A DNA stretch of 63,009 nucleotides, counting the filler, from Rhabdomonas costata (taxonomy: Eukaryota): the NCBI GenBank assembly GCA_019059605.1. It is 25 parts of 25 records of this genome, joined end to end, with 100 filler letters (N's around TTAATTAATTAA, not from the genome) between each part and the next. Parts side by side here need not be neighbours in the genome. Positions count along the whole stretch, not along the records: positions 35,358 to 37,782 come from JAHMHO010003474.1; positions 37,883 to 40,307 come from JAHMHO010003475.1; positions 40,408 to 42,828 come from JAHMHO010003476.1; positions 42,929 to 45,352 come from JAHMHO010003477.1; positions 45,453 to 47,878 come from JAHMHO010003478.1; positions 47,979 to 50,402 come from JAHMHO010003479.1; 19 more parts are not named here. The stretch is one strand, 5' to 3'. This document shows, piece by piece, positions 36,922 to 49,190 of this stretch (the first letter of the stretch is position 1; every line of letters begins with the position of its first letter). The notes under the pieces are model-generated. The model saw nothing but the letters and a program-made list of their open reading frames with translations. It was not told the DNA's origin and did no database searches. Position numbers and translations under genes: made by a program.

Positions 36922-38769
36922 CTATGCGTAGACCGGCGAAAGTGAGCGTTTATGTTTGTGAGTCAGTGAATGTGTGTGTGTTATTGATACCACAACGCGA
37001 AGAGAAGCGGGAAAAAGCAGACCGAAATGGAAACCCCTCAACTTCCTAAGGCAGAAAGGTGCTGTTTTCAGAGCATCAGTGCACCTTTGGAAAAGCGTTT
37101 TGCATTCTGGTACTTTCAGGCCAGAGATGGAAATTCATATTTTTTCTTTTCTTTCTTTTCCTGGGGTCTTCCTGGGCGGGAACTTTTGATAGGGCACCAA
37201 TGAGCCGGTTCGCATCTCTAACACCGCCATTTTTCCAGGCGTTCTAATCACTTTTATTTCACGCTTTCTGTGAAGGTCTAACCGAAACCACACCGAGAAG
37301 GGACAGAAGACGTAAAAGAAGAGCAAATCAATGACAACAGAGGATGGAGTGACAATATTTATCTGAGATCAGAGGGAAAAGGAAAGGAATCCAAATCGTG
37401 AGAATCACGGCACTGCAGCACAGGCTCAAGCGCTGGTGAAGCGTCTGGGGTGCAGCACCAAAAACTAACAATTTGCTCGAGGGAACGCGAGATCTCAGGT
37501 GGATAAACGGGCAAACGGAAAAGGAAAAGGAAGGAAACCAGTACCTATGAGAAAAAAAGGTAACCAAAGTTGGGGATTCGAGCAAACCAGAAAGGGAATG
37601 CGGATTAGGTCCAGAGAGTTGGGCGTAACCGGGGCGAGACCTCGGAATGGGGAGAAAAGGGAGAAGAACTGGAAGAGCTTGAAGCGAATTGATGGAAAAC
37701 ATGTGCGCGCGTGGGCGGAGCATCGGAAGAGAAATGAGAGAACATGTTCTGAAGGTCACGCCGGGATTCAATCACCCAAAAANNNNNNNNNNNNNNNNNN
37801 NNNNNNNNNNNNNNNNNNNNNNNNNNTTAATTAATTAANNNNNNNNNNNNNNNNNNNNNNNNNNNNNNNNNNNNNNNNNNNNGGGGTGGGTGATAGGTGG
37901 GGGGAGGTGCTTAAGTGTGTGTGTGTCTGTGTCGATTCGCTCATACCTGCTGCGAAGCTGTCAATGTGCAAAGCTTCCTGTGAGGATTCTCTTTCACGCG
38001 GTTTCCGGTGGTCCTGCAGAGGTGCGTGGGGTACTCGAGCAGATTCTTTCCCACGCAGCCACCGTAGGTGGTGATGACGTGGAGCAGCGGTGTAAGGTTC
38101 CGAAGCGAAGTGCCGTAGAAACAGTGAGATCTTTTGCCAGCAAACACTGCGCCTGCAGGTTCTCTTTCGTGAGTGGGCTGAAGTGGAGGCTGAAAGGGAT
38201 TGTCTTGTTTTCGATTTAACTCCCCACCACACCACGAAACATCAAGACGAGAAGCACTACATCAAGACAACCACTGTACGGACAAGGCGACAATACACCC
38301 GGCAGCAATCAAGAACAAAAAAACTGGAAAACCCAGCAGAAGAAGTGATAAACTTGCGCATGGAATGGGAGCAAGCGGGATTCGCTCCCCCGCCCGCACA
38401 TATCCCACACTAATGCTTCGTTTCGCTGACACCACTCCCCGTCTCACACCGGCACACATCACTCCCCGTCTCTACAACAAACCGTTTTCTCACAATGCAC
38501 ATACACACATGTTGGCACAATTGAATTTGCGTTGCAGGGGGGAACGGGAACCCGTGGGAGCTGGAATCTCATGGTGACCTTGACCGAAGAGCTTCCGCCC
38601 CCACCGGAACAATTGAGGCAGCAACACAGCTAAAGCGGACTCCTCCTCCTCCAAGCTCTCCACTCTCACCCCTCAAAATATGCGCAGATATGCACACACA
38701 AAATTAGCCAGCCACGACGTGGCCCAAAACAGAGCACAAGTCCCTTCCCTCTGCCCCGCTGTCCCCTCC

Positions 38770-40201
38770 CGAGCCCACCACACGGCACGCTTCAGAGCGC
38801 GACGCAGCAGGAAGCTCGTGCTCCTGTTGCTGCTGCTGCTGCTGCTGGAGCCGCTGCGGCAATCCCTCCGAGAGGCTGGCCATGAGGACGGGCGGCGAGG
38901 GGCGGAGGGAGTACGCGGAGGGCCACAAGGGCCCGCTCCTGCGAACCGGACACAGGGGCTGGGCGCCACCCTCATGGGGTTGTGCTTGGGCGCACCCCAG
39001 TGCAAGGCGGCTGGCGTGCTGCTGGAGTATCGGGAGCTCCAGAGTGAGCCGCCAGGGCCCCACAGGGGGCAAGCCCTTGGCCTCCGTCAGAGAGGTACAG
39101 GAGACGGAATGCAGCTCCTCGTGGAAGCTGCTGAGCCTCTGGAACCGGCACTGCGCCTCCTGGAGCTGCCCCGAGCGGAACAGAGCAAAGGCGGAGAGGT
39201 ACTCCTCGAGGTGGATGCCCTCCAGTGAAGCAAGAAAGGTGGAGGGAAGTGGGAAGCTCCCCGCGGAGCCCTCTCCTGAGGAGGCGGGACGCTGAAAGAC
39301 CTCGTACACTACAACTGGGGTGACGCCACAAGGGCCGAGCTGGACCACGTCAACGGGAACCACCTCAAGGTGCTCCTTAACCTGCACGCGGCCACAAAAA
39401 ACAAATGAAGACAGCAGGGAAAGCACATTTCTTTAGTTGAGCTACTACCGAGTATCGTCAGGAGGTGACTGTCCGGCAGCAAAGCAAACGCCATCGAGTG
39501 AAAAACCAGGATCGTAACCTTCGTGTCCGAAAAATTACCGGCCCAAACAACCAAAATTTCATGGGCGCGATTTTGGTTGTTTGGGCCGGTAATTTTTCGG
39601 ACACGAAGGTTACGATCCTGCGAAGGGTGGGAAGGGCGGCTCTCTGCACAGCGGAGCTGAACAACAGCAGGGACAACCTTGGTTAAGCTGTAAGACTGCG
39701 AGAGAGAAATCACACATGCACGCAGCAAGGGAATGGACACCTCCATAGCTACGGTGGCTTCGAGTAAAGTCGGGCGTCGGAGGACTGTGCACAAGGCTGC
39801 AAGCTGCAGAGCCACAGCCTGAGTGATGTGACACGACGGTGGGGAGGGCTGGTTTGTCAGAACGCCCCCACTCCCTCTTTATGGCAGTTATATGAAGTGT
39901 GCTGCTAGGACACCGCCGTGAGAACATCCAGCTGAAAAAATATACACGAGTCCCAAAATATACTTGAGGTTGTTCGAAAAAGTGCAAGACTTTGCCGAAA
40001 AGTTGAAGACTTTGTCCGAAAACGTATGTAACGTCTGATAGGGCTGTGTGGCGGCCAAACTATCAGCTTGGTAGAAAAAAGTCCGTCCTCGTGAACAACA
40101 GGGGCTATCTCTAGCGTGCGACCCTTGTGGTGGACAGGCACCTCGCTTACCCGCACGCGGCTCCAGCCCATGCGACCAATTGTCTCTGCTGACTCGCTCA
40201 C
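38770..40201 (-). CDS. Degenerate class III cyclase-like domain and C-terminal tail
   Basis: IGRMGWSRVR...ALQLAALCTVLRRPTLLEATVAME|VKEHLEVVPVDVVQL...PVVVYEV...EEYLSAFALFRSGQLQEA follows the C-terminal cyclase layout but lacks the N-x-x-x-R catalytic pair. Confidence 0.6.
39507..39620. repeat. Perfect 51-bp inverted repeat with 12-nt loop, intronic
   Basis: 39507-39557 is the exact reverse complement of 39570-39620; it lies inside the predicted intron 39383-39740. Confidence 0.97.
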
Positions 40202-42931
40202 CTGAAGGAGCTCACTGCATGGCTTCTGGATGGTTCCCCCACCAACCCGCCCCGCCTGGCCTCCACTTTTACCCCCAAGCTGCCTTCCCGGGACACCGTC
40301 GGGCTTGNNNNNNNNNNNNNNNNNNNNNNNNNNNNNNNNNNNNNNNNNNNNTTAATTAATTAANNNNNNNNNNNNNNNNNNNNNNNNNNNNNNNNNNNNN
40401 NNNNNNNTTTTTTTGGTGGGGGGGGGATATAAACCTTCTGGTCCGGTAGTTAGATATTATAGTATATGGTTTAATTGTCTGGCGATAGTCCATTTGCTCC
40501 CACACACGCATTATTATCCGTGGCTCCGGACAATTTCAGCTCTCGGAACACTTCCGGACCGTCTCCGAGGTGTTCGACTTCGGCTGTGTCACCCAGGGCT
40601 TCATGGTATTTCCGTGTGACGTGGGTGGGGTGTCGGCGTGATTGGGTTTATTCAAGAATTCTTCGGACCGGAGTTCGTATTTCCTTGCTGCTGCTGGAAG
40701 GTAGGGGAGGAGAGGTTAGAAACATTCTACTGATTACCTCGGCGCGGAGTCCCGATCCAGAAATCTGCTTTTGTCTCATCTGAAGGTTGAAGGCGGCACT
40801 TAATGGGCATGGGTCAAAAATGCATTAAAACCTCCCCTTGTGCCCCTCCCCCTCACTCGGTGTTTGTACATTTCCTTTCCTGTGTGCTCGCGCACAGTCC
40901 TTTCTGCTGTTTTGGACGTATGCCACTTCTCCGTCTTACCCCCTGCCCTCTCTTTCCCCTCAAACAAACCCCAATAGCCATATGCTACTCTGTTCTGCAC
41001 TGCTCTCTTTTTCCTGAAGCAGCTGGCTATCCTGTTAAGGGGTCCTTTTCATATCGAATATCCCCCAGGGTGCCATACCATCCGCTTTCCCGGGTCACAC
41101 GTTGTTCTTTTCCGAACTCTTCTCCATCATTTGGGTGGATTCTAATGAAATGTATATCAAACCATTTTGGTTATGGGTACCACAGGAGCCTTGTGAGTCC
41201 CCAGAGTCCGGAAATCGGGGAAGAAGTGGGGTGGGCCAAAACAACAGTGTCATGCAGGGGCAGGGGCTGGTAGGTTGGCCACGTGAAGGACCCCCTCATT
41301 TCATTGGCTTCGTCTCTGTTTCGTTGCCTTTCACTTGTTTTGCTGTGTGTGAGATGGAGAAGTGATGTCTCGATGCGTGTGTTGGGGGGGGGGGGGCATT
41401 TTCAGGCTAGTGTACGACTCTATTTACATCTTCTGAGTGGACTTTGCTGGACTAGTGGCGAACTTTGCCGCCTATACCGCTGCTTTTTGCTGGGAAACAG
41501 CGTGGGCATACAGTTGGTTCTTTGTATCTGCGGGGTACCCTTCCCTTTTCAGCTGTTGGAAAGTGGAAAAGATTGTGGGAGCAAATTCCTGGGCAAGGTG
41601 ACAGCTTCTGGCTGGCCGAGTGTTCTGCGATTTGAAAGAGATTTCTCTCACTGGAGTCTACAATAGCGCATTGCCTCTCTTGGTCAGACCATTATATTTC
41701 CAATTTTTCAGATCCATACTTGCTGCAACTTTAATGAGTTCATCTCCAAGACAGCTGCAAGTAGGTCCCCGGGCAGTGGTTAGTATACTTGTGGGATTCC
41801 TTGCATCTGACACTGAATTTGACCTGGATCTGGATATGGATGGCTTTCAAGAACCGACAAAGAGAGAGAGTATGAGAGAAGAAAGAAAAAGCTCACAGCT
41901 CAGCCGTTTTGTGGCTCCAGAAGAAGCACCCTTGTCACCTTGCTGGTGCTTTTTGGGCGGTTCCTGGGAACGCACTGCGGGAAAAAAGAAAAAAGACGAA
42001 AATAGGACTGCTGTTTGCTTTTTATTATCGTTTTCTTTGGCAGAAAACGAGTATTTGAACCCGACTTCTTTTATCAATGTGGGATTTGGTCGCTTACTCC
42101 AGTGACTTGCCGTGTTTGTACCCCGCTCTCACTCTCTACTGAGTCGTTTCCCTTCCACCGCTATCCCGGGAATGCAGGCCTCACCGAGACCCATTTCTTC
42201 TCTACCTGCCCCTCCTTGGCCATTGGTGTACTGAGCCACCATCCCCCACCGCCTGCGAAAATAACTACAGGAAAATTCTTGCTTGCTATTTGGCATTCTG
42301 AGCCGAAGGATCTTTTTGACTGACACGTCGGTCCCAAGACCCGAAGAGCCGGGCGGGAAGGCGGGGGCCTCTCAGGTGAAACTTTTGTGCAGGGGTATAC
42401 AGTTGGCACTGTTCCCTTGCTGTTCCCTTGGAAGGGGTACCATGGCGTTATGTAACCCGCACAATGTGCCCAAGGTATGAGACTGACTCCTCGTAAACAT
42501 ATCTCATTTCGAGTGGAAATATAAGCCCCCCTGAGAAAGGAGAACAACTCGCCATCGAATTCCTCCCTACAATCACGGGTGCAATGAGCATAGTAGGGGG
42601 TACGACGACGATTTTGCACCAGACATGGTCTTTCGTGTTTTTCTGCATCGTCACGGGGGGTTCATTCTGGGGTCTCTCGCTGTCCTGCGTTGTACGCCCG
42701 AAACAGTGCTCTCAACCCATTTCTGGACCAGTGTCCATCCAGAGATCGGCGCAGCACAGGACGTGGGTGATGATGCCCCAGGAGTCGCCAGACACCCCAG
42801 GCCAGGCCTCGGCATCTGACCCACACCCNNNNNNNNNNNNNNNNNNNNNNNNNNNNNNNNNNNNNNNNNNNNTTAATTAATTAANNNNNNNNNNNNNNNN
42901 NNNNNNNNNNNNNNNNNNNNNNNNNNNNTGT

Positions 42932-43006
42932 TTGTTTTTCCCCTCATTATTATCTGTATTGTCCTCTATACAGGGCAATACAGATAATAATGAGGGGAAA
43001 AACATA
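42932..43006. repeat. Near-perfect fold-back at contig start
   Basis: TGTTTTTCCCTCATTATTATCTGTATTGTCCT pairs with AGGGCAATACAGATAATAATGAGGGGAAAAACA. Confidence 0.9.
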
Positions 43007-43985
43007 ACCCAGGGGTCATTACCAATGGAAGTAGACTTTTCAAAACTCTTCAGGGCAGTCAAGTACAACAGCCGGATGTTCAGGAACTGTTTTCATGGTC
43101 CACTTTTCCCCACTGACACCCCCCCCCCATTATACGCATTTCCGGTTTTCGAACTGCTTTTTCCTCGGGTTTTGCTATTAACTTTGGCGCAGTGCTTCAT
43201 TTTGTATGAGCGCGTGATAGAGATTGGGTCGCTACAATACTTTAAAGCAGCCTATTTTTTCATCCTTTACGTGCGCGCCGTCGTTGCCCGGGATGAATTT
43301 GCGTGAATAACGGACATGCGGTCGTGATATTGCCCAGTTCCCTTCAAAAGTGCCTGTGTCGATTAAATGAGAGTATTTCGGACTCTATGGCGAAAAGGAG
43401 GTCAGCTCATGCAAAAGGGGGTGGAACCGGCAAGTGGGCATGCAGAGTGCGGCAGAGATGTAGCGATTCAATGACAAGCAGGTCTTGTAATACCAGGAAG
43501 TGAACAGGATTGAGAAGGATTGAGAAGAGGGTCCGGGAAAATTAAGAAACAGGTTACAAAGCGTGCTGTTTTACCCTGCCCGCTTCGTTGCATTGGCGTT
43601 TCCCTTGTTTGTAACATCGAATTTCAAAATTTCTGACTTGTGTCCGCTGCGTGGTGTAAGAAGCGGAGCAACAGGGATACGACCAGGGGCACGACAACCG
43701 GCCGAGGGTGAAAGGTCGCGAAATCCCTGACCCCAAGGACCGGCCTCGCACCGCTTCGGGAAGCCTGGTGTATATATATAGACCCCAAGCCTCCTTCGGC
43801 TATGCCCTTTTAATGTGAAGTGGGCATATTTTTTTAGTTATATATAAACTCTTTTGTATATAAACGTTTTTAAACTGTCTTGTGGCCAAAATGATCATTC
43901 GGACCCGGAGACTGGAGGCTGGAGTGAAGGCACTTGGTCTCTCCAGAAGATTGCGTTGTTTTATGCATATGATTTGTTCGCACAG

Positions 43986-45315
43986 CTCAAGTTCTTAAGT
44001 TGCACCCTAGCCTGACGAAGCTTGACCTCAGCAACAACCGCGTCGGCACCGCAGGCAAGGTGTGGTTATTCCACTCTCAGATGTACTTATTGGTCAGATC
44101 CTGCCTTTTAGAGCTCGCTAAATTAACGTGTCCACCGCGTTATAATAGCAGCTCACATCTCCTCGTTGTAAGTGTGTCTTGGCAATTTTTGTGAATGTCG
44201 GTCTTATATCGGTCGCACATGTTCACGTGTCAATTTGTGTGGTTTGTGTGGTTTGTGTGGTGTTTGGTTGCCGCAGGCTCTGCTGGATATGCTTCGGCAG
44301 AACTCCAGAGTTTTGGAGCTGGTTCTGGAGAACACTTACATCGACTCCTACATGATGAAGAAGATCAACGAAAGGCTGGCAGCCAATCGGGTCGCCGCCT
44401 CCGTCTGGACTGGTGGAAACGTTGAAGGTAGCTGCAACGGGATAAATCTGTTGACGTGTGCAGTATGGTAAAACGTTGGCAAACCGTTGGTGAATATTGT
44501 CATTGTCATCGCCCAACTATCCCCATCCGCATGGCATAGGCGCAAACTTCTTCCGAATCTGTCTTTTTGTCTAAGTTTCTGATTGACGACTCGAAGGCAT
44601 GTGCAGGGAATACCATCATACCATCATACCGGCAATGGGAATCGCATTTGGTTGCTTCGCTTTGTGAGTGAAGTGCACATGCAGAAGTATGTAGAATGAC
44701 TTGTAAACGGCGACGGCACAATAGAGGGCACTCGCAATGAAGCAAATGGTTTCACAATAGTTTAAGTATTAATAGGAGGGTCACAGTGCTGAACTCTATC
44801 GAGTTAGTTTGTGGGAAGAGCTCTAAATGCGTGAGTGACTCCCTTTGAACACAATCATGGTGGATACAGAGGGACGCAGTCACATGGCCCTCCTGTTTGC
44901 TGAAATTGCAGGTGCCAGGGCCCCAATCGCTGACGGCAAGCTGGAACCTTCAAGTGATGCTCGAGCGCTGACTCATTCTGCTCCATCACTGGAGAGCCAC
45001 ACCGCTGTAATCAGTTCACCGCATATCGCCAGTTCCTCGGCAGCCTCGCAAGCGCCCACTTCCTCTGGTTCTGTAAAGTTCTTCTCCGCTCCACTCCCTC
45101 CCTCCCTTGACAAGTCCGAACGTGAGCAAATCCCTGTAGGTACTCCCTCGGCTGTCTCTGCTGCCCCTTCAGTTGGCTCCCCAACAGCTGTCTCTGACGT
45201 CTCTGTTGCGGAGCTTGTTGAAAGCCCCGCGGCTTCGGGGATTTCTCAAGCTTCTCCCGAACCATGCCCAGTTCCTCGGCAGCCTCGCAAGCGCCCACTT
45301 CCTCTGGTTCTGTAA
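43986..45315 (+). CDS. LRR protein fragment followed by a Ser/Pro/Ala-rich linker (exons 43986-44059, 44277-~44402, 44912-)
   Basis: HPSLTKLDLSNNRVGTAGK|ALLDMLRQNSRVLELVLENTYID...KINERLAAN: RNI-like LRRs plus a capping helix. Confidence 0.75.
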
Positions 45316-45345
45316 AGTTCTTCTCCGCTCCACTCCCTCCCTCCC
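45029..45345 (+). repeat. About 78-bp exact direct duplication, 239 bp apart
   Basis: CCAGTTCCTCGGCAGCCTCGCAAG...CTCCCTCCC starts at both 45029 and 45268. Confidence 0.9.
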
Positions 45346-45920
45346 AACCACCNNNNNNNNNNNNNNNNNNNNNNNNNNNNNNNNNNNNNNNNNNNNTTAA
45401 TTAATTAANNNNNNNNNNNNNNNNNNNNNNNNNNNNNNNNNNNNNNNNNNNNGTGGTGGGTGTGTTTGGGTTTTTGTTTTGAAGGGGGCCAATGCCCTGC
45501 CGCTGGATAGCATAGATTTCTCTCCAGGTAAAGTCGATCCGTGCTCGAGCTTCTCAATTCCTCTTCTGCTGCAGTCGTCGTTGTTCCCCCTTCCCGTTCA
45601 TCACTGCTTTTTGTTTGTTACAAGGGGCAACTCGCAACTGTAGTCTTTTTCACGAAGTTAAGTTGTAAAGCGGCTTGTCCCGCATAGTGAGTTCGTTATG
45701 GGCTGCGTGAGGCGAGAAAGAGCCGTCAAGGGGTACCTCTACCGGCTGAGGGCGACAGGGCAGACAATTCTGACTCCAAGGACCAGCCACGTAGCGTTTC
45801 AGGACGCCTGCTGTATATTCCAAAGACCCCAGGCCTGCATCAGCTTTGCCCGTTACCCGTTGTTTGCATCAACACTTCAGTCGGGGTGCACACGCGATGC
45901 CAATGGAGGGTTGGGCTAAG

Positions 45921-47141
45921 GTATTACCGCCTGCTGGGGCCTTCCAGGGCTGAGTTCGTGCGGGCGCTGCAGCCCAGCCTTGGCGCGGACCGGCAGGTCA
46001 ACCTCAGGATTCTCCGCGACAGCGCGGCGGCCGCCGTGATCCCAGAGGTGGACTTCTTGCTCCTGGGCGCGGAGGGCGTGGTGGAGACCGGAGGGATTAT
46101 CAACAAGGCACAGACACATACGCATATACATACGCACCTTCCACCTTCCACCTTCGCTAACCCTGATTCTCGCACTACTGTCGCGCGCTAAGGGTGCAAA
46201 GGGCGTTCTCAGCACAAAATTTCACTTGCTCTCATCGTGCACTCAGCATCCTCGGGCTTTGCGTGAGGGGCTTTTTGAAGGAACTGGTCCACTCTCGTCA
46301 GGAATGCACTCGCCCTTCGGCCATTGCCTCCAATGCCCCCAGGCTTTTGGCCTCTCCCCTGTGCTTTGGGATATGCTTATTGTTCACCTAAACGGGGTAG
46401 AGGACGTAAATTCCATGGCACCCCGTTTGTGCGGGCATGCCCTTTACTTGTAGTAAACCCCACGTATGACCGTCGCACTCAAAGGGGGCGTTGGTAGTTC
46501 TTGTTGCGCGCGCGCGTTGTTAGATTGGCACCTTCCAGCTCGCTCTGGCCGCGAAGGCCCTGGGAAAGCTGGTCTACATCGCCGTGGAGAGCTACAAGTT
46601 CCTGAGGCAGTATCCCCTGGCCCAGTCTGACGTCGCCCAGCCTCTGCACAAGCAGGACACCCAGCTGCTCACTGACCTCCCTCCGGGGGTGGAGGTGCCG
46701 GCTATGTGAACAAATTGCCCGCACATGGTCCAAAACAACGTTCTGTTCAGTTCTAAGGAAAAACCACAGTCCCTGGCACGGGTTTGATAAACATCCTCAG
46801 ATTTTCGCCGTTCTCCTTTTCTCCCTGCTCCAAACATCACACGCGCGTTGGAATATAACTCTGTTTGATCAATCTTTGCATGCACAAAATCCACCCTGCT
46901 TCCTCTGCAACGTTTTCCCGGAATCTTGCGCCGATCGATCTGCCCTCTGTCCTTTCACGCACCTGGAAACGCAGCCCTAGAAAGTCGGTGTGGTTCCCTT
47001 CAGGCTGAGAGCAGATACTCGGACTACACTCCCCCGGAGTTCATCACCCTGCTGTTCACGGACCTGGGGATCCTCACCCCAAGTGCGGTTAGTGATGAAC
47101 TGATCAAGCTCTACCATCAGACTCTGGACAACCCCGGCTGA
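45921..47141 (+). CDS. EIF2B1: Translation initiation factor eIF2B subunit alpha, 3' part (exons ~45921-46107, 46524-46694, 47004-47141)
   Basis: [27 protein letters not shown]...[11 protein letters not shown]...[31 protein letters not shown] are diagnostic eIF2B-alpha/GCN3 motifs. Confidence 0.97.
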
Positions 47142-47392
47142 TTCAGCTTGCGCTCCTCAGCGGCGGTCGCACCCTCTGCGTGTACTGCTTGGAGCGTGCT
47201 CGGCGTGGTTTTCACACGGTGGTCACAAAGGTGGTGTACAGGAACCCACCTGGTGTTTGCCCACTCGCACGGATGTTTGCATTGCAAGCGTCGGCTTCCG
47301 TTGAAAGGAGATGTGTTTGGAAAGGAAGGGTGGATCCCTGCAGGGCAGCGAAAACCAACCGGCAGTAGCCGGCGGTAGCTTAATGGGATATG

Positions 47393-47472
47393 GAGGTCCA
47401 GAACTCGAGGTCCAGAACTCGAGACAGAACTCTGTGGTCTCACAGTGGGCCCACTAGCGCCCACTGTGAGAC
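47393..47472. repeat. Short tandem repeat plus 14-bp perfect hairpin
   Basis: (GAGGTCCAGAACTC)x2 plus a partial copy, then GTCTCACAGTGGGC-N8-GCCCACTGTGAGAC (47437-47472). Confidence 0.85.
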
Positions 47473-48175
47473 GCTGTGCCCCACTGTGCCTCCCACTCTA
47501 CTCTGCCGCCAGTCGAACCGCGGGAAAGGGTGATTTCCACAGACCAGTCAGTCACTGAGATCCTCAAAAAGGCACAAGGAACAATTGAAGTTTTTCACCT
47601 TACCTTAGACAGTGCTGTGCAGTTTACCACGCACATCTCCAAAAAAAACATATGCATCACATTGTTTGGGGCACGGGTGATCCTCAAGACGGTGCAACCA
47701 TGTTTGCTGGGTGCTGCTTCTAACCCTAACCCAAACTAAAGTACGTTACACCGTAAACTCAGAACTGCACCATACCGCATGGCTGCATTTAAACCCTATC
47801 TTTACCTACCTTATCATCAGACAGCCGGTTAGAGAATTGACAATTCGCTTCAAAAGATCAATACAATCCCCAACCCACNNNNNNNNNNNNNNNNNNNNNN
47901 NNNNNNNNNNNNNNNNNNNNNNTTAATTAATTAANNNNNNNNNNNNNNNNNNNNNNNNNNNNNNNNNNNNNNNNNNNNTTGGTTCCTTTTGCTATGCTCA
48001 CCTGACAGTTCATCATTACGATTCTAACCTCTCCTTTCTGGGTCATTTGCGCGCTGCATTTACCATGCTTGTACACTTGGTGGCACAGGACTGCTGCTTC
48101 CGATTTCAGCATCAGTATCAGCGCGGGATTCTTGGACAAAGGGAGTGGGAATGCAGCCCTGCATGCAATGCATGC

Positions 48176-48313
48176 CTGGGACTTGGTCGTGAACATTGCC
48201 CTGGGATCAATCATCTCAATGAAGTGCCGCACCCGCCCCAGGTACGTGGCCTGGTCATAGCGAGGGCTGGTGAGAGAGAATCCTGCTACCAGACTTGTGG
48301 GAGTCTCGGGCAT
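48176..48313 (-). CDS. SFXN: Sideroflexin, first coding exon
   Basis: MPET...SPRYDQATYLGRVRHFIEMIDPRAMFTT matches the sideroflexin N-terminal PR(W/Y)DQxTxxGRxxHF...DPR motif. The exon probably ends at CAG|GC. Confidence 0.9.
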
Positions 48314-48414
48314 CGTTCCGCAGTGTCGCGGCCTAACCTCCAAGGAAGCCCTCCTACAACACAGCGCGGCACTGATGGAAAAGAGACAGAAGACAAGAGA
48401 CAAATCCCTGGCAC

Positions 48415-48437
48415 CTGCAAAAAAAAGGGGAAGTAGG
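48415..48437 (-). promoter_or_regulatory. Polypyrimidine tract + AG upstream of sideroflexin start; candidate trans-splice acceptor
   Basis: CCTACTTCCCCTTTTTTTTGCAG lies 101 nt before the ATG, with no intervening ATG. Confidence 0.5.
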
Positions 48438-49190
48438 CATTGCTGAAATTTTCGGTACTGCCGAGCGGAAAGGAAACAAAATGCCAGCACAAACTGCACA
48501 CGAACGGAATTCTGCCTTAAAAAGGTTGCCGCCTCCATGCACATCACGATTCAGAAGCACACCGGGACACCGAGGACTTCCTACGGGGCACTTCGCATTC
48601 ACCAGGTCTTGCACTTTCCCCACGCTTCTGGGTTTGCGTTGATGTTGGGAGCACTCGGTTGCGGAGGAAATCTTGAGAATGGGTAGCTTGCGTTTAGAAG
48701 GCGACTTTAGCTTTGAACTTTGCGAAGAGTAAAAAAAGACACACCAGAATCTGAAAAACAAAAACAGAAGAGAAAGACGTTTGCCATTGGGCTCAACATC
48801 CCCAGTTTCCTCGATGCTATGCTGCTATTCCCCGCCAAAAAAAAATCTACAAAAGTGAGATCCCCCGTGTGAATGGTTGCGAAGCAAACAGTGAATCCAC
48901 TTTTTTCGGCTGCTGCAATCCAAATTGACATTCGGCAGCGTGAGTGTGTCTGACACACAACACCAACACCACAGAAAGTGACACCGATATACAGTTCAAC
49001 AATACTTCTGAACCTTTTGAAACCCGCGTTTCGGGCGGAGCGCCACAGGGAGCAAATACTACTTACCTACTCATTCACGACACAATGCAGCTGAACGCTC
49101 CACCACTACGTCACTCCAGAGCTCGGAAACAATGGCAGGCGAGAGGGAGGCTCCCAACAAAGCCAGGACAGAAGGCCACTGAAGCTGCTC

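Noticed and set aside
38680-39228. Long plus-strand ORFs in the track (also 1044-1451, 10625-11143 and 28561-29046)
   Set aside because: Antisense shadows of GC-rich exons on the opposite strand.
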